DNA of 62,035 nt, the filler included. It is 4 parts of 4 records of this genome, joined end to end, with 100 filler letters (N's around TTAATTAATTAA, not from the genome) between each part and the next. Parts side by side here need not be neighbours in the genome. Positions count along the whole stretch, not along the records: positions 1 to 25,366 come from SRR2962707_4805; positions 25,467 to 37,724 come from SRR2962707_4818; 2 more parts are not named here. One strand, given 5' to 3'. Every line of letters begins with the position of its first letter. Within the stretch, counting starts at the first letter, position 1. Below the pieces are notes generated by a model, which saw only the letters and a program-made list of their open reading frames with translations, made no database searches and was not told where the DNA came from. Both the position numbers and the translations under genes were made by a program. This document shows positions 22,001 to 31,553 of the stretch, piece after piece.

Positions 22001-23201
22001 CGATCTCGAAAGCATCGACCGCGGCATTGCTCCGCCCGTCGATCCGCCAGCCCACATCCTTCAGGAATGTTTTCGTATCGAGTTCGACCAGCCGGTCCGC
22101 GCCCTTGAAGCGGCCTTCGCCCTTCACGTCAAAGCCGTTGTCGAAGCGCGGGCCCGCGCGCACCGTGCCCGTCAGCGCAAGCTCGCCCGCGTCGAGGCGC
22201 GCGACATCGATCACATAGGCGCCGTCTTCCGCCTGCGTGATCTTCGCCGCGATCTGCGCGCTCTCCGGCCCTCCGGCAAAGTCGAGTTCGCGCGCGACGA
22301 GGTCGCCCGCAACCGTACCCTTCAGCGTCAGGCTCGTGCCTTCGCTCAAGCCGCCATGGGCGTCGATATCGGCCTTTATTGCCCGCCCGCCGTCAAGCGC
22401 CAGCGTTCCCATCGCCAGCCCTTCGCGCGCCTCGCCCTCCGCCTTCAGCGCGAGCCGTGTGAGCCCGTCAATGCCGAGCAGCTTCGCCGCGATACCGGGC
22501 GTGCCCGCCGCGCCGTCCTCGATATCGAGCGTGAGTTCGCCGCGCTCCGGTCCCGGTTGGTAGCGCACGAAAGCGTCGATCCGTCCGGGCGTCGCGTCCA
22601 TCCGCGCCGCCGTCAGCCGGAGTTCGCGCAAAGTGCCCGCCAGCACCGCGCCGCCTTCCGCGTCGAACACCACGCGCTCGCTCGCGAGGTCTTCGCCAAG
22701 CACCGTTTCCTTCAGCTTGAAACTGTCGATCCTGATATCGACGGGAAGCGTCGGCAGCGAGGGCAGGGTGAAGCCCTCTCCCGTCTGCTCGTCCACGGTC
22801 TCTTCGCCGCCGGGCACGCGCGCAACGGTGAGCCCTTGCGCATCGAGCCGCATCGCATGTACCTCGCCGCCCCAGAGCGCGAGCGGCTCCCAGTCGAGTT
22901 CCGCGCGCGCGAGCGTCAGCCATGTGCCGTCGCTATCGCTCACGCGGAGGTCTTCAAGCGTCAGCGTCCTCGGCCAGCTCCCGCCGATATAGCCGATCTC
23001 CACCACCGTGTCCCCGGTATTGATCGTGCCGAGCGCATAGGCGAGCAGCCCCTGCCGCACCGGCCCGATGTTGAGCGCGCCGATGCCGAGCGCGATCAGC
23101 GCCAGTGCGAGCCCCACGACAATGAACGCGAACGCCATCGCGGCGCTCGCGATGCGGGCCGCCGTGCCCCGGCGGCGGAGAGTTGTCTGTGTTTCCGCCA
23201 T
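19002..23201 (-). CDS. tamB: Translocation and assembly module TamB
   Basis: 1399 aa, N-terminal TM anchor, C-terminal DUF490-like end (LGLDVL...GKYVRDGVYV...WKWDY); directly downstream of tamA. Confidence 0.92.
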   Translation of the reverse strand: MAETQTTLRRRGTAARIASAAMAFAFIVVGLALALIALGIGALNIGPVRQGLLAYALGTINTGDTVVEIGYIGGSWPRTLTLEDLRVSDSDGTWLTLARAELDWEPLALWGGEVHAMRLDAQGLTVARVPGGEETVDEQTGEGFTLPSLPTLPVDIRIDSFKLKETVLGEDLASERVVFDAEGGAVLAGTLRELRLTAARMDATPGRIDAFVRYQPGPERGELTLDIEDGAAGTPGIAAKLLGIDGLTRLALKAEGEAREGLAMGTLALDGGRAIKADIDAHGGLSEGTSLTLKGTVAGDLVARELDFAGGPESAQIAAKITQAEDGAYVIDVARLDAGELALTGTVRAGPRFDNGFDVKGEGRFKGADRLVELDTKTFLKDVGWRIDGRSNAAVDAFEIGEAAVATEAGDVIFSGTAAIEDGFTLSGEGRAEITDLRPVGDMLDQPMRGTATLTFANIALDGGAGGADLTIETSAIDTGSAELDALLAEGLNGEGRIDFGGENAVSVTGLTARAGEKLDLEGDFTLRADNAVRGEARIAMAEVGALAGTSASGALNATAAIGGTLETPDLSLDAVLTKGSLGGFDAREAKLSAALSEGKGPVSFRLIGDDGRATLDTQVTLPEEGGARFDGIEANMFGAKLTGAIAVTAEGLAQGTLSGKRVALQPIGKLAGVPMEGRADIEIALDASQGEQDARLIFEARQIDLDINGPATLDRVKAAALLTDATGDAALDANFSVEGGGTGNTRFTGIKAVAKGPLDKLAISAGIYGERLSLKAQPVMLDLDATYEPSLITLTKFDAKIGDASATLGAPVKLELTDGLTRVRGIDLDFDSAEGPGGLTGDISIRPRDADIALEISGLPLELISPLLPVDAMAGTMAGEVALDTGRETGTARLRFDGATLAEAGLDIRPAFDAVFSAEWAKRRLELTAEAHGVSEEPFLLDASLPLVRDPRGAWPMLPERGPVEGRLTWEGPVASLMALADLPGQRLTGDAKVAVSADGDISAPLVSGEATIENGTFENYETGTLLRDLSLRVVGQRSEEMRFEMGARDSGQGRMSAEGTVSLSADAAPAVDVRTVFNAMQVVRRQDLVIAVEGDLALTGPALPPSLEEPLKLTGNLTTTQARFIVPERLPGGVATIDVIEVEGPGAEDTVEDPEETPPLPLELNVTLAIGNPPARVSGRGIDSLWVGSVRVTGLAEDPIENGRLTAERGTLDFAGKTFTLSRGRVIFAGERPIDPRIDIALDYERSDFEATVAVTGRGSSPKISLSSSPSLPRDEIISRILFEKGVGELSAFEAAQLANTAAQLSGSGVGGFGILSEVQNTLGLDVLRIDQGASGGTTVAAGKYVRDGVYVGVEQGALASDSGVKVEIDLTDNISVDTKVGNDASSDVGINWKWDY

Positions 23202-25081
23202 CAGAAGGCCTGCCCCAGCGAAACGTAAATCTGGAAGGCATCGTCGACATTCTTCCGAGGGTTGAGCGGCACCGCGATGTCCGCGCGGATCGGGCCAATC
23301 GGCGTGTAGTAGCGAAGCCCGAGCCCCGCGCCCCAGAGCAGCGGATCGCCGAACGAAGGCACCGTGTTCGAGAACGCCTGCCCGCCATCGATGAACGCGA
23401 CCGCGCCGATCGTCTCCGTGATCCGGTAGCGCGTCTCGACGCTCGCTTCCAGCACGGAGCGTCCGCCTTCCGGGTCGCCCGCATTGTCGAGCGGCCCCGC
23501 CATCTGGTAGCCATAGCCGCGCACGGAGCCGCCGCCGCCCGCATAAAAGCGCGTCGAGCCCGGCACGTCCGCCGTGTCCCCCGCCGCGATCAGCCCGTAG
23601 CGCCCGCGCAGCGCCAGTATCAGTTCGTCGGTGAACCCGAGATAGGTCGAGCCGCCCGCTTCCAGTTTCGTGAAGGTCGTCGGCTCCTCGTCACTCGCGC
23701 CGAAATAGGGCGTGCCCAGCAGCGTCGCGCGAATGCCCTCGCGCGGATCGAGCACATCGTCCGTGCTGTCATATTTGAGCATGACCGGCACGCCGAAAAG
23801 CTGGTAGCCGATCCGCCCGTTCGAATCCTCCGTCTCCGTCAGCTGGAACGTCAGCCCGAGCGACCCCGTCCAGCGTTCGTTCAGCACGCGCTCCAGCGAC
23901 ACGCCGGTCTTGATCCGGTCTTCGTCATAGGCGTCGCTTTCCTCATGCGCGATTTCCGCGCTCGCCAGCAGGCTCTGGTCGGGCCTCAGGAAATACGGCT
24001 TCCTGAAATCCGCCGTTGCCGATTGCTCGATCTGCGCAATCGAGAGCCCGAGCGTCAGCTTCTCCGCCCGGCCGAAAAGGTTGCGGTGTTCCCAGCTTCC
24101 CTTCACGCCCGCGCCTTCGGATGTCGACCAGCTCGCGCCGAGCCTGACGGTGCGCGCCTCGCGCTCGGTAAGTTCGATTTCCTGCGGCAGCGCGCCGCCT
24201 TCCGCATCGCCGGACGCAATCGAGATGCCGGAAAAGAGCCCCGTCCCGCGCAGCGCCTCCGTCGTCGCGTCCACTTCCGCGCGGTCATAGGTCTCGCCGT
24301 CGCGGAACGTCAGCAGTTCGCGCACGTAATCGGGGTCCGACCGCCCGTCCGCATTGCTTATCCGCGTATCGCCGAACACATAGCGCTGCCCCGCCGACAT
24401 ATAGAGCGTCACGCGCGCCGTGCTGGAAGACATGTCGACCACCGCGCGCCGCCGGTCGAGTTGCGCTTCGGGGTAGCCGTTATTGTGCAGCGTGGTCACT
24501 GCCTTCTGCGTGAGGTCGATGATGCGCTGCGCCGTCGCCGCGCGGTTGGGCTCAAGCCCGAGTTCGGCGCCCGTCGCGGGCCGCCCCTCGCCGCCGCCGT
24601 CATGGCCGCTATAGGCGATGTCGAACTGCTCGATCATCGTCCGTGTACCAAGGATAACGAAATAGACGACCTCGAAGTCGCCGCCTTCCGCCTGCCGCAC
24701 CGAAGATGAAATGCTGCCATTATAATAAGCTTCCGAGCGCAGCACCTCGTCGAGCCGCTTCTCGTCCTCCTGCGCGCGGCGGCGAAGCTGCGCCAGCGTC
24801 GCGGGCGGCGGCGGCCCGTCCGGCGCGTCGGTGCCGAGCTGGCGCGCATTCTCAAGCAGGTCGCGCAAATAGTCGGGAATGCGCCGCCCCGCGATCCGCG
24901 TCGTGAAGGTGATGCCCTCCCGCGCCTCGTCCCAGGAATAGCGCGCCTCGCCGTCGGTCTCCGCCGCCGTTTCCGCGCGCACGCCCGCCGCCGCCAGCAC
25001 GGCAACGGCGAAAACAAGGGCAAGGCTCCGCGGCGACTGTCTTTTCATGCGTCTTCCGCGGCTCTTGCTCGTCAAATCCAT
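23201..25081 (-). CDS. tamA: Translocation and assembly module TamA (Omp85 family); start may be 25048
   Basis: POTRA region, HRNLFG, RFYAGGGGSVRGY, TPIGPIRADIA, GQAF C-terminus. Confidence 0.92.
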   Translation of the reverse strand: MDLTSKSRGRRMKRQSPRSLALVFAVAVLAAAGVRAETAAETDGEARYSWDEAREGITFTTRIAGRRIPDYLRDLLENARQLGTDAPDGPPPPATLAQLRRRAQEDEKRLDEVLRSEAYYNGSISSSVRQAEGGDFEVVYFVILGTRTMIEQFDIAYSGHDGGGEGRPATGAELGLEPNRAATAQRIIDLTQKAVTTLHNNGYPEAQLDRRRAVVDMSSSTARVTLYMSAGQRYVFGDTRISNADGRSDPDYVRELLTFRDGETYDRAEVDATTEALRGTGLFSGISIASGDAEGGALPQEIELTEREARTVRLGASWSTSEGAGVKGSWEHRNLFGRAEKLTLGLSIAQIEQSATADFRKPYFLRPDQSLLASAEIAHEESDAYDEDRIKTGVSLERVLNERWTGSLGLTFQLTETEDSNGRIGYQLFGVPVMLKYDSTDDVLDPREGIRATLLGTPYFGASDEEPTTFTKLEAGGSTYLGFTDELILALRGRYGLIAAGDTADVPGSTRFYAGGGGSVRGYGYQMAGPLDNAGDPEGGRSVLEASVETRYRITETIGAVAFIDGGQAFSNTVPSFGDPLLWGAGLGLRYYTPIGPIRADIAVPLNPRKNVDDAFQIYVSLGQAF

Positions 25082-25197
25082 ACCTCTCCCACCTGCCAGC
25101 AAGGGCCGGAACCGTCAAGTTTAGTCCGCTTCTTGACCTTCCAGTTGCTGGAAGCCCCATATTCACCCCTAGACCCTGAAAGCGAAAGGCGAACCTC

Positions 25198-25366
25198 TTG
25201 GACAAGGAAGATAAGGCCCCCTGCTGTCATGGCCACCACGGCCACGATCAAGGCCGTCAGCCCCCGGCTCCCGCCGCCCCCGGCAGCAAATACACCTGCC
25301 CCATGCACCCGGAAGTGGTGAAGGACGGCCCCGGTTCCTGCCCGATCTGCGGCATGGCGCTGGAGC
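25198..25366 (+). CDS. N-terminal fragment of a probable heavy-metal (Cu) P-type ATPase, truncated by the contig end
   Basis: CCHGHHGH then YTCPMHPEV...[11 protein letters not shown] heavy-metal-binding motif. Confidence 0.7.
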
Positions 25367-25466
25367 NNNNNNNNNNNNNNNNNNNNNNNNNNNNNNNNNN
25401 NNNNNNNNNNTTAATTAATTAANNNNNNNNNNNNNNNNNNNNNNNNNNNNNNNNNNNNNNNNNNNN
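25367..25466. other. Artificial contig linker
   Basis: N44-TTAATTAATTAA-N44, with stops in all six frames. Confidence 0.98.
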
Positions 25467-25509
25467 GCTTCAGCTCGGTGATGTCCGGCTTCTGCAAATT
25501 GATGGTCAT
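25467..25509 (-). CDS. ftsZ: FtsZ N-terminus, truncated by the contig end
   Basis: MTINLQKPDITELK, the Rhizobiales FtsZ start; AAGGAAGGA RBS; downstream of ftsA. Confidence 0.85.
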
Positions 25510-25566
25510 GGCACCCGTTCCTTCCTTTGGCATGGCCGCACCGCCGCGTCGGCCAATTCTGTGAAT

Positions 25567-26895
25567 TCAAAAACTCTCTTTAAGCCACTGCCCCATGCGG
25601 GTCAGGCGGCCGCCGGCGCCGGTCATTGCGGCAAAGCCGCCCTCACCTGCGCCGTGTGATTCAAGGTGGGCAACCTGGGGATAAATCATCAGGCCCACAG
25701 CAGTTGAAAATGTCGGCCCCTTCGCCGCGGCCGGCAGTCCCGAGACACCGAGCGGTCTGCCGATGCGCACGTTGCGCGCCAGTATCCGCCGGGCAGATTC
25801 GGACAGCCCTGTCATCTGGCTTGCGCCGCCGGTCAGCACGACGCGCTTTCCGACAATAGAGCCGTAGCCCGATTGCTGAATCCGGTCGCGCAGCATTTCC
25901 AGTGTTTCCTCGACCCGGGCGCGCACGATGCGCGAAACAAGCCCGCGCGGCACATGGGTCGGCAAATCACGTTCATCTTCGCCAAAAGGCGGAATTGAGA
26001 TCACGTCGCGGTCTTCACCCGCCTGCGGCAACGCCGAACCGTGCACCACCTTGATGCGCTCGGCATCGTCAAGCCGCGTCGAAAGCCCGCGCGCCAGATC
26101 CATGGTGACATGATGCCCACCAAGCGCGATCGCATCGGCATAAACCAGTTTACCTTCGGAAAACACCGAGATCGTGGTGGTGCCGCCGCCCATGTCGATG
26201 GCAGCGCAGCCCATCTCGGCCTCATCGGAGACCAGCGCAGCAAGCCCGGAGGCATAAGGTGTCGCCACCATTGCCTCGACGGTCAAGTGAGCCCGGTTGA
26301 TCGACAGCTCGAGATTTTTCAGCGGCGCCCGGTCAGCAGTCAGCACATGCATGTCGACCCCAAGCAGGTCGCCATACATACCGGCCGGATCGCGAATGCC
26401 GCGCTCGCCATCAAGCGTGTAGCTCGAGGGCAGCGAATGCAGGATGGCGCGCTCATTGAGCTGGCTTTGTCGGGTGGCGGCATTGACCACCTTTGCCAGA
26501 TCGCCTGAGGCGATTTCATGTCCGCCGAGATTGACCGACGCCGAATGGGTTTCGCTGCCCAGCCGTCCAGCCGTGACATTGACGATGAGGCTTTCAACCG
26601 TCACGCCGGCCATCCGCTCGGCAGCATCAACGGCAAGCCGCACAGAGTTCTCCACCGCATCCATGTCGGAGATCACGCCGGCCTTGATGCCGCGCGACTT
26701 CTGATGGCCGATGCCGAGGATCTCGATGCTGTGGGTGCGTCCCGACAGCACTTCGGAAGCTTCAACAGGCGTCAGCCGGCCGATCATGCAGACCACCTTC
26801 GACGAGCCGATATCCAGCACCGTGACGATGCTGACACGCTTTGAAGACAGCGGCTTGAGCCGGGGCAACATGGAAGAGGGGCGGAACAGGCTCAC
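25567..26895 (-). CDS. ftsA: Cell division protein FtsA
   Basis: LDIGSSKV, DMGGGTT, VLTGG, WLKESF end. Confidence 0.97.
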   Translation of the reverse strand: MSLFRPSSMLPRLKPLSSKRVSIVTVLDIGSSKVVCMIGRLTPVEASEVLSGRTHSIEILGIGHQKSRGIKAGVISDMDAVENSVRLAVDAAERMAGVTVESLIVNVTAGRLGSETHSASVNLGGHEIASGDLAKVVNAATRQSQLNERAILHSLPSSYTLDGERGIRDPAGMYGDLLGVDMHVLTADRAPLKNLELSINRAHLTVEAMVATPYASGLAALVSDEAEMGCAAIDMGGGTTTISVFSEGKLVYADAIALGGHHVTMDLARGLSTRLDDAERIKVVHGSALPQAGEDRDVISIPPFGEDERDLPTHVPRGLVSRIVRARVEETLEMLRDRIQQSGYGSIVGKRVVLTGGASQMTGLSESARRILARNVRIGRPLGVSGLPAAAKGPTFSTAVGLMIYPQVAHLESHGAGEGGFAAMTGAGGRLTRMGQWLKESF

Positions 26896-27821
26896 GATTT
26901 TTGCCCCGCCTTGATCAGCTTTGCACGGCCTTCAAGCGCTTGCTTGCGGCGGTCATACGAGGCTTCGCTGAGCCGCAGCGTCACCCGGTCCTCGAGCCGC
27001 AGGTCAACAGTTGTGATATCGCGCGACAGCACATCGCGGCCCGCATCGAATTCCACGAAACGCTTCAACGCATCACCGACGTTTTCCGCCGGCAGGCTCA
27101 GCGTCACACCATTGTCGAGCCTGAGATCCCAGCGCCGGTCTGCAATCCTGATTGCAGCCTTCACGCGGGAGCGCAACTCAGGATAAAACAGCAGCCGCGC
27201 TTCAAGCTCATCGGCATGCAACGCAGCCCCAAGACCGACATAGAGCGGCAGATCAGCATGGCGCGCGCCACCCAGCGGTGCAATCACATCTCCGCGAACA
27301 TCAATCAGCGCCAACCGGTCGCCGTGCTGCCAGATGCCGACAGGCTTGCGTTCGGTCAACCGGACGGAAAGTCCGCGTGGGTAGATCTTCTGAACCTGGG
27401 CATCGGTGACCCAGGGCAGTTCGATCAGCTTTTCACGCGCCACATGCGCATTGATTGCCACGACCGAAGTCGAGCCATCGAGGCCCAGCTGCTGCAGGAT
27501 ATCAATGTCGGACGTCTCGACATTGCCGCTGACATGCACATCTTCGAGCGCAAAACCGGCACCTGTGGTGACAGCCTGGGTGACGGCCTGGGTGTGCCCC
27601 CCGAGTGCCATCCCGTAAAACCCGGTGGCTGCGAAGAAGGCGACTGCGGCAACAGAACCCGCATGCGGACGAATGCTCACGCGGCCAGTGGCCAGCGCCT
27701 TGGCATAGCGCGCCGGACGGCGCAGGAAACGCGGCAGAACAAACGCGCCGGAAAACGCAGCGCGTCCCGACGAGTTGACCGCTGAAGCGGCTCTGCCCTT
27801 GTTTCCCTTTATCGACGACAC
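26892..27821 (-). CDS. ftsQ: Cell division protein FtsQ
   Basis: TM plus POTRA (LPWV...YP), RRWDL, VDLR; lies between ddl and ftsA. Confidence 0.93.
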   Translation of the reverse strand: MSSIKGNKGRAASAVNSSGRAAFSGAFVLPRFLRRPARYAKALATGRVSIRPHAGSVAAVAFFAATGFYGMALGGHTQAVTQAVTTGAGFALEDVHVSGNVETSDIDILQQLGLDGSTSVVAINAHVAREKLIELPWVTDAQVQKIYPRGLSVRLTERKPVGIWQHGDRLALIDVRGDVIAPLGGARHADLPLYVGLGAALHADELEARLLFYPELRSRVKAAIRIADRRWDLRLDNGVTLSLPAENVGDALKRFVEFDAGRDVLSRDITTVDLRLEDRVTLRLSEASYDRRKQALEGRAKLIKAGQKS

Positions 27822-28747
27822 GAAGCGTCCTCCACCATCCAGCTGACAAATTCTACAAACGAATGCCCTGCCTGCAGGGCCATTTCAGGCGCCAGAGACG
27901 TCGGTGTCATGCCGGGCTGGGTGTTGATTTCGAGCCAGATGACCTCTCCTTCTTCGGAGAAACGGTCATCGTAACGAAAATCAGACCTGCTCACGCCGCG
28001 GCAGCCGATCGCTTGATGCGCCTTCAAAGCCAACTTACGTATTTTTTGGTAAACAATTGGTGAAATTTCCGCCGGACAAACGTGTTTCGAGCCTCCGGCA
28101 ACGTATTTTGAATCATAATCGTAAAAGCTGTGTCCTTGCGGCACTATCTCGGTGACCGCCAATGCCACATCCCCCATGATGCTGCAGGTCAGCTCGCGCC
28201 CCGCGATGTACCGCTCCACCATGACGATGTCGCCATACTTCCATTCATTCGAGGTAATCACCTGCGGCGGATGGGACTGCCCCTCGCTGACAATGACCAC
28301 GCCAAAACTGGAGCCTTCATTGACCGGCTTGACCACGTAAGGCGGCGCCATCGGGTGCGCCGAGGTGAAATCATGCCGGTTCATAACCTTTGACTCAGCC
28401 ACAGGAATGCCCACTGCCTTGGCGACGATCTTCGACACGCGCTTGTCCATGGCGAGCGCCGACGCGGTGACGCCGGAGTGGGTATAAGGGATGCCCAGAT
28501 ATTCGAGCACACCCTGGATGGTGCCGTCTTCCCCGTAGGGCCCATGCAGCGCATTGAAGCAGACATCGGGTTTCAACTCCGCCAGAACCGCGGCCACATC
28601 CTGCCCCACATCAACACGGGTAACCTGGTATCCGGCTTCCTCAAGTGCATCGGCGCAGGCCTTGCCCGATGCCAGGCTGACTGGTCTCTCGGAGGAGAAA
28701 CCGCCAAGCAATACGGCTACGTGTTTTTTTGATGTGTCAGCGATCAT
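27809..28747 (-). CDS. ddl: D-alanine--D-alanine ligase
   Basis: [36 protein letters not shown]. Confidence 0.97.
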   Translation of the reverse strand: MIADTSKKHVAVLLGGFSSERPVSLASGKACADALEEAGYQVTRVDVGQDVAAVLAELKPDVCFNALHGPYGEDGTIQGVLEYLGIPYTHSGVTASALAMDKRVSKIVAKAVGIPVAESKVMNRHDFTSAHPMAPPYVVKPVNEGSSFGVVIVSEGQSHPPQVITSNEWKYGDIVMVERYIAGRELTCSIMGDVALAVTEIVPQGHSFYDYDSKYVAGGSKHVCPAEISPIVYQKIRKLALKAHQAIGCRGVSRSDFRYDDRFSEEGEVIWLEINTQPGMTPTSLAPEMALQAGHSFVEFVSWMVEDASCRR

Positions 28748-29176
28748 GCCATTTCCTCATATCGAAGCCTGCCCGACGCGGACCAGGCCTGCAGCCGCTT
28801 TAACCAGCCCTTCAGTCAGATATTTGGCGAGAGCCAAAGCGCAGCCTTTACCCCGTCGATATCAAACGAAGATTGCGCCAAACCGCCCTCATCCATCCAT
28901 ACCTAAGCCGGCTACCGCTCAAACCCACCTTCCCGGCAAAGAAACAGACCGCCCGACCTGAAACAGCGGAAACTGCGATGGATTAAGATAACGCTATGTT
29001 AAATAACACTAATATATACATTCATTCATGATCGAACCGGAGACCGCCCAAAACCGCCCTCGCACGCAAGCTTCGTCCGCCAAGCAGCGGACCGCATGCC
29101 TGCACTGGCGCGGCAAGAGAAGCGCTCAGACCCGAGCGAACCTGGTGCGGTTAGCGGCAACGAAAGACCTCTTTCC

Positions 29177-31093
29177 ATGAAAATCGCCGCCATGGTCAAC
29201 CACTTCAGAAAACCGGAAGATCCCGCGCGACAGCAGGCAATTACGGAAGCCTATGTTCCGATCCTGCGGCCGATCCTTATACCGGCCTGCGCCTATTACA
29301 TTTTCGTCACCTGGGAGCATTGGCAGACCCAGACCGGGGTGCTGCTGGCCATGTATTCCGCCATCAGCACAACCACCGCCTTCAGTTTCTACCTGTTTCA
29401 CAGGTTCTTGTCGGACAACACCAGGCTACCGCTGCCAAGGCTTGAAGCAATCAGCCTGATGATGCATCTGTTCATGTATTTCAACCTGGTAAGCTACCTT
29501 CTCGTCTACAATGTCCAAACGCGTTACATCTATTTTGTTGTACTGTCCTTCATCTTCGCAATAACAGGCGCAACAACACGGACCATGCTGACAAGCGTTT
29601 CGCTTACATTGGGGACGCTCTACTGGTTTACCTCATCACTCCACAATGATCTCTTCGTAGAATATGCCTCCATTGCTGTTGCAACCGCTTTCGCGGCGAT
29701 CAGCATGGCCGGGCTGCTCCGGCGCGCCATCATTCGCCAGATCGATGCCCGGCTGCTTGCCGATCAACTGACGACGAAGGCTCGCGCCCTGGCCGACTCC
29801 GACATGCTGACAGGCGTTCCCAACCGGCGCGCGATCTTCGAGAAGGTCGACCAGCTCGTCCAGCACCGCAGGCCATTCTGGCTGGGAATATTCGACCTCG
29901 ACGGGTTCAAGGGCATCAATGATGTGTATGGCCACTCCATCGGGGACCGCCTGTTGTGCGCCGCTGTCGACCGGGCCAAAGAAATGGTTGCCGAAGGCGT
30001 GACTTTCGGCCGTATCGGCGGTGACGAATTTATCGTCATTATTCCCGGTGAAGTCACCGAGCTGGAAGTCAAGAAGATCGTCGACAGCCGGATCAGAGCC
30101 ATTTCCGAGCCCTATGACATTGACCGTCTGGAACTCTCGGTGGGGGCCTCTGCGGGTTTCACGCATTTTCCGCACATGGGATCTCACAGCGCGCAGCTTT
30201 ATGAGCAGGCCGACTTCGCACTCTACAAGGCCAAATCCCAGTTCCGCGGCCAATGCATCCTGTTTGACGCAGCTGAGAACGAGGAAATGAAACACGCAAT
30301 CGCCATTGAGCGGGAACTGCGTGAGAGCAACCTCGAGGAAGAACTCTATCTTCTCTTCCAGCCTCAATATTCGCCGAGCGAGAACCGTGTACTGAGCTTC
30401 GAAGCGCTAGCCCGCTGGCAGAACCCCAAGCTCGGTCTGGTTCGCCCCGATCATTTCATTCGCGTGGCCGAACGGTCCGGTCATATCCAGAAACTCACCG
30501 ACATCCTGTTCCGCAAGGGGCTCACCGAACTTGCAAAATGGCCTCACGACATCAGCCTGTCCTTCAACCTTTCGGCACGCGACATCTCAGACCAGACCTT
30601 TGTCCTCTCCCTGCTGGGCCAGATCATGAAGTCAGGCCTTTCGCCAAGCCGTCTGGAATTCGAGATAACAGAAACGGCAGTTATGTCAGATCTGGCCACC
30701 GCCAGAACCCTGATCAAGACGCTCAGGAGCAGCGGCTGCAAGATCGCCCTCGATGATTTCGGATCCGGCTATTCGAGCTTTGGCTATCTTGATGAACTCC
30801 CGCTCGACAAGGTCAAGATCGACAGAAGCTTCATCCGCAAGGTCCCCCACAGCAAGACCTCGCGCGAAATCGTTGCGGGTATCATCGGGCTGTGCCGCAA
30901 GCTCGATCTGCGGTGCGTTTTGGAAGGCGTCGAAACCGAAGACGAGATGGCGCTTCTGGCGGAACTCAAGCCCGATTTGATCCAGGGCTATCTGTACGGC
31001 AGACCGATGAGCGGAGAAGATGCCATGCAGATGGTCGCAGATCAGCAGCAGCCGATCGAGAATGAAAGGCGCAATCAGGTAAAGTCGGCCTAG
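29177..31093 (+). CDS. Membrane-bound GGDEF-EAL diguanylate cyclase/phosphodiesterase, paralog 1
   Basis: Multi-TM N-terminus, GGDEF, EAL, DDFGSGYSS, EGVE; 638 aa from ATG 29177. Confidence 0.92.
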   Translation: MKIAAMVNHFRKPEDPARQQAITEAYVPILRPILIPACAYYIFVTWEHWQTQTGVLLAMYSAISTTTAFSFYLFHRFLSDNTRLPLPRLEAISLMMHLFMYFNLVSYLLVYNVQTRYIYFVVLSFIFAITGATTRTMLTSVSLTLGTLYWFTSSLHNDLFVEYASIAVATAFAAISMAGLLRRAIIRQIDARLLADQLTTKARALADSDMLTGVPNRRAIFEKVDQLVQHRRPFWLGIFDLDGFKGINDVYGHSIGDRLLCAAVDRAKEMVAEGVTFGRIGGDEFIVIIPGEVTELEVKKIVDSRIRAISEPYDIDRLELSVGASAGFTHFPHMGSHSAQLYEQADFALYKAKSQFRGQCILFDAAENEEMKHAIAIERELRESNLEEELYLLFQPQYSPSENRVLSFEALARWQNPKLGLVRPDHFIRVAERSGHIQKLTDILFRKGLTELAKWPHDISLSFNLSARDISDQTFVLSLLGQIMKSGLSPSRLEFEITETAVMSDLATARTLIKTLRSSGCKIALDDFGSGYSSFGYLDELPLDKVKIDRSFIRKVPHSKTSREIVAGIIGLCRKLDLRCVLEGVETEDEMALLAELKPDLIQGYLYGRPMSGEDAMQMVADQQQPIENERRNQVKSA

Positions 31094-31553
31094 AGCCGGT
31101 TATGCAATTGGTTCGCCGCTTTCAAGATCTGGGAAGACCCGCTCAACAGTCCAACACAGCAAGGCTAGGATATTTTTACGCCTATCCGTAACAAACTCAA
31201 TCATGGGTTGCTTACAAAAAAGCCTGATGGGTAACTACGACTCGCCATCCTTAGCAATAGACCAGAAAACCTCTCCAGACATACAACCGCAATAAAGTGA
31301 CAGCTAAATATCAGGCTAAAACAGTACATTAACGTTTCCCTCCTACAGTACCAATCTGAACAGGGGCAGGGAATCTTCCGATGAATATGTCCGGAATACC
31401 GAAAGAGGTTTTGCATTGGCAAGTTGATGGGTCTGATTGTCTGACCCGGAAGCCGGATTCCTCATCAGTCCACCTAATGTCCGCAGCACGCGCTGGAACT
31501 GGGCACGACCTCGTACGCCTCTCCAAGAGCACTGACCTGAGAGCAAAACCCTC

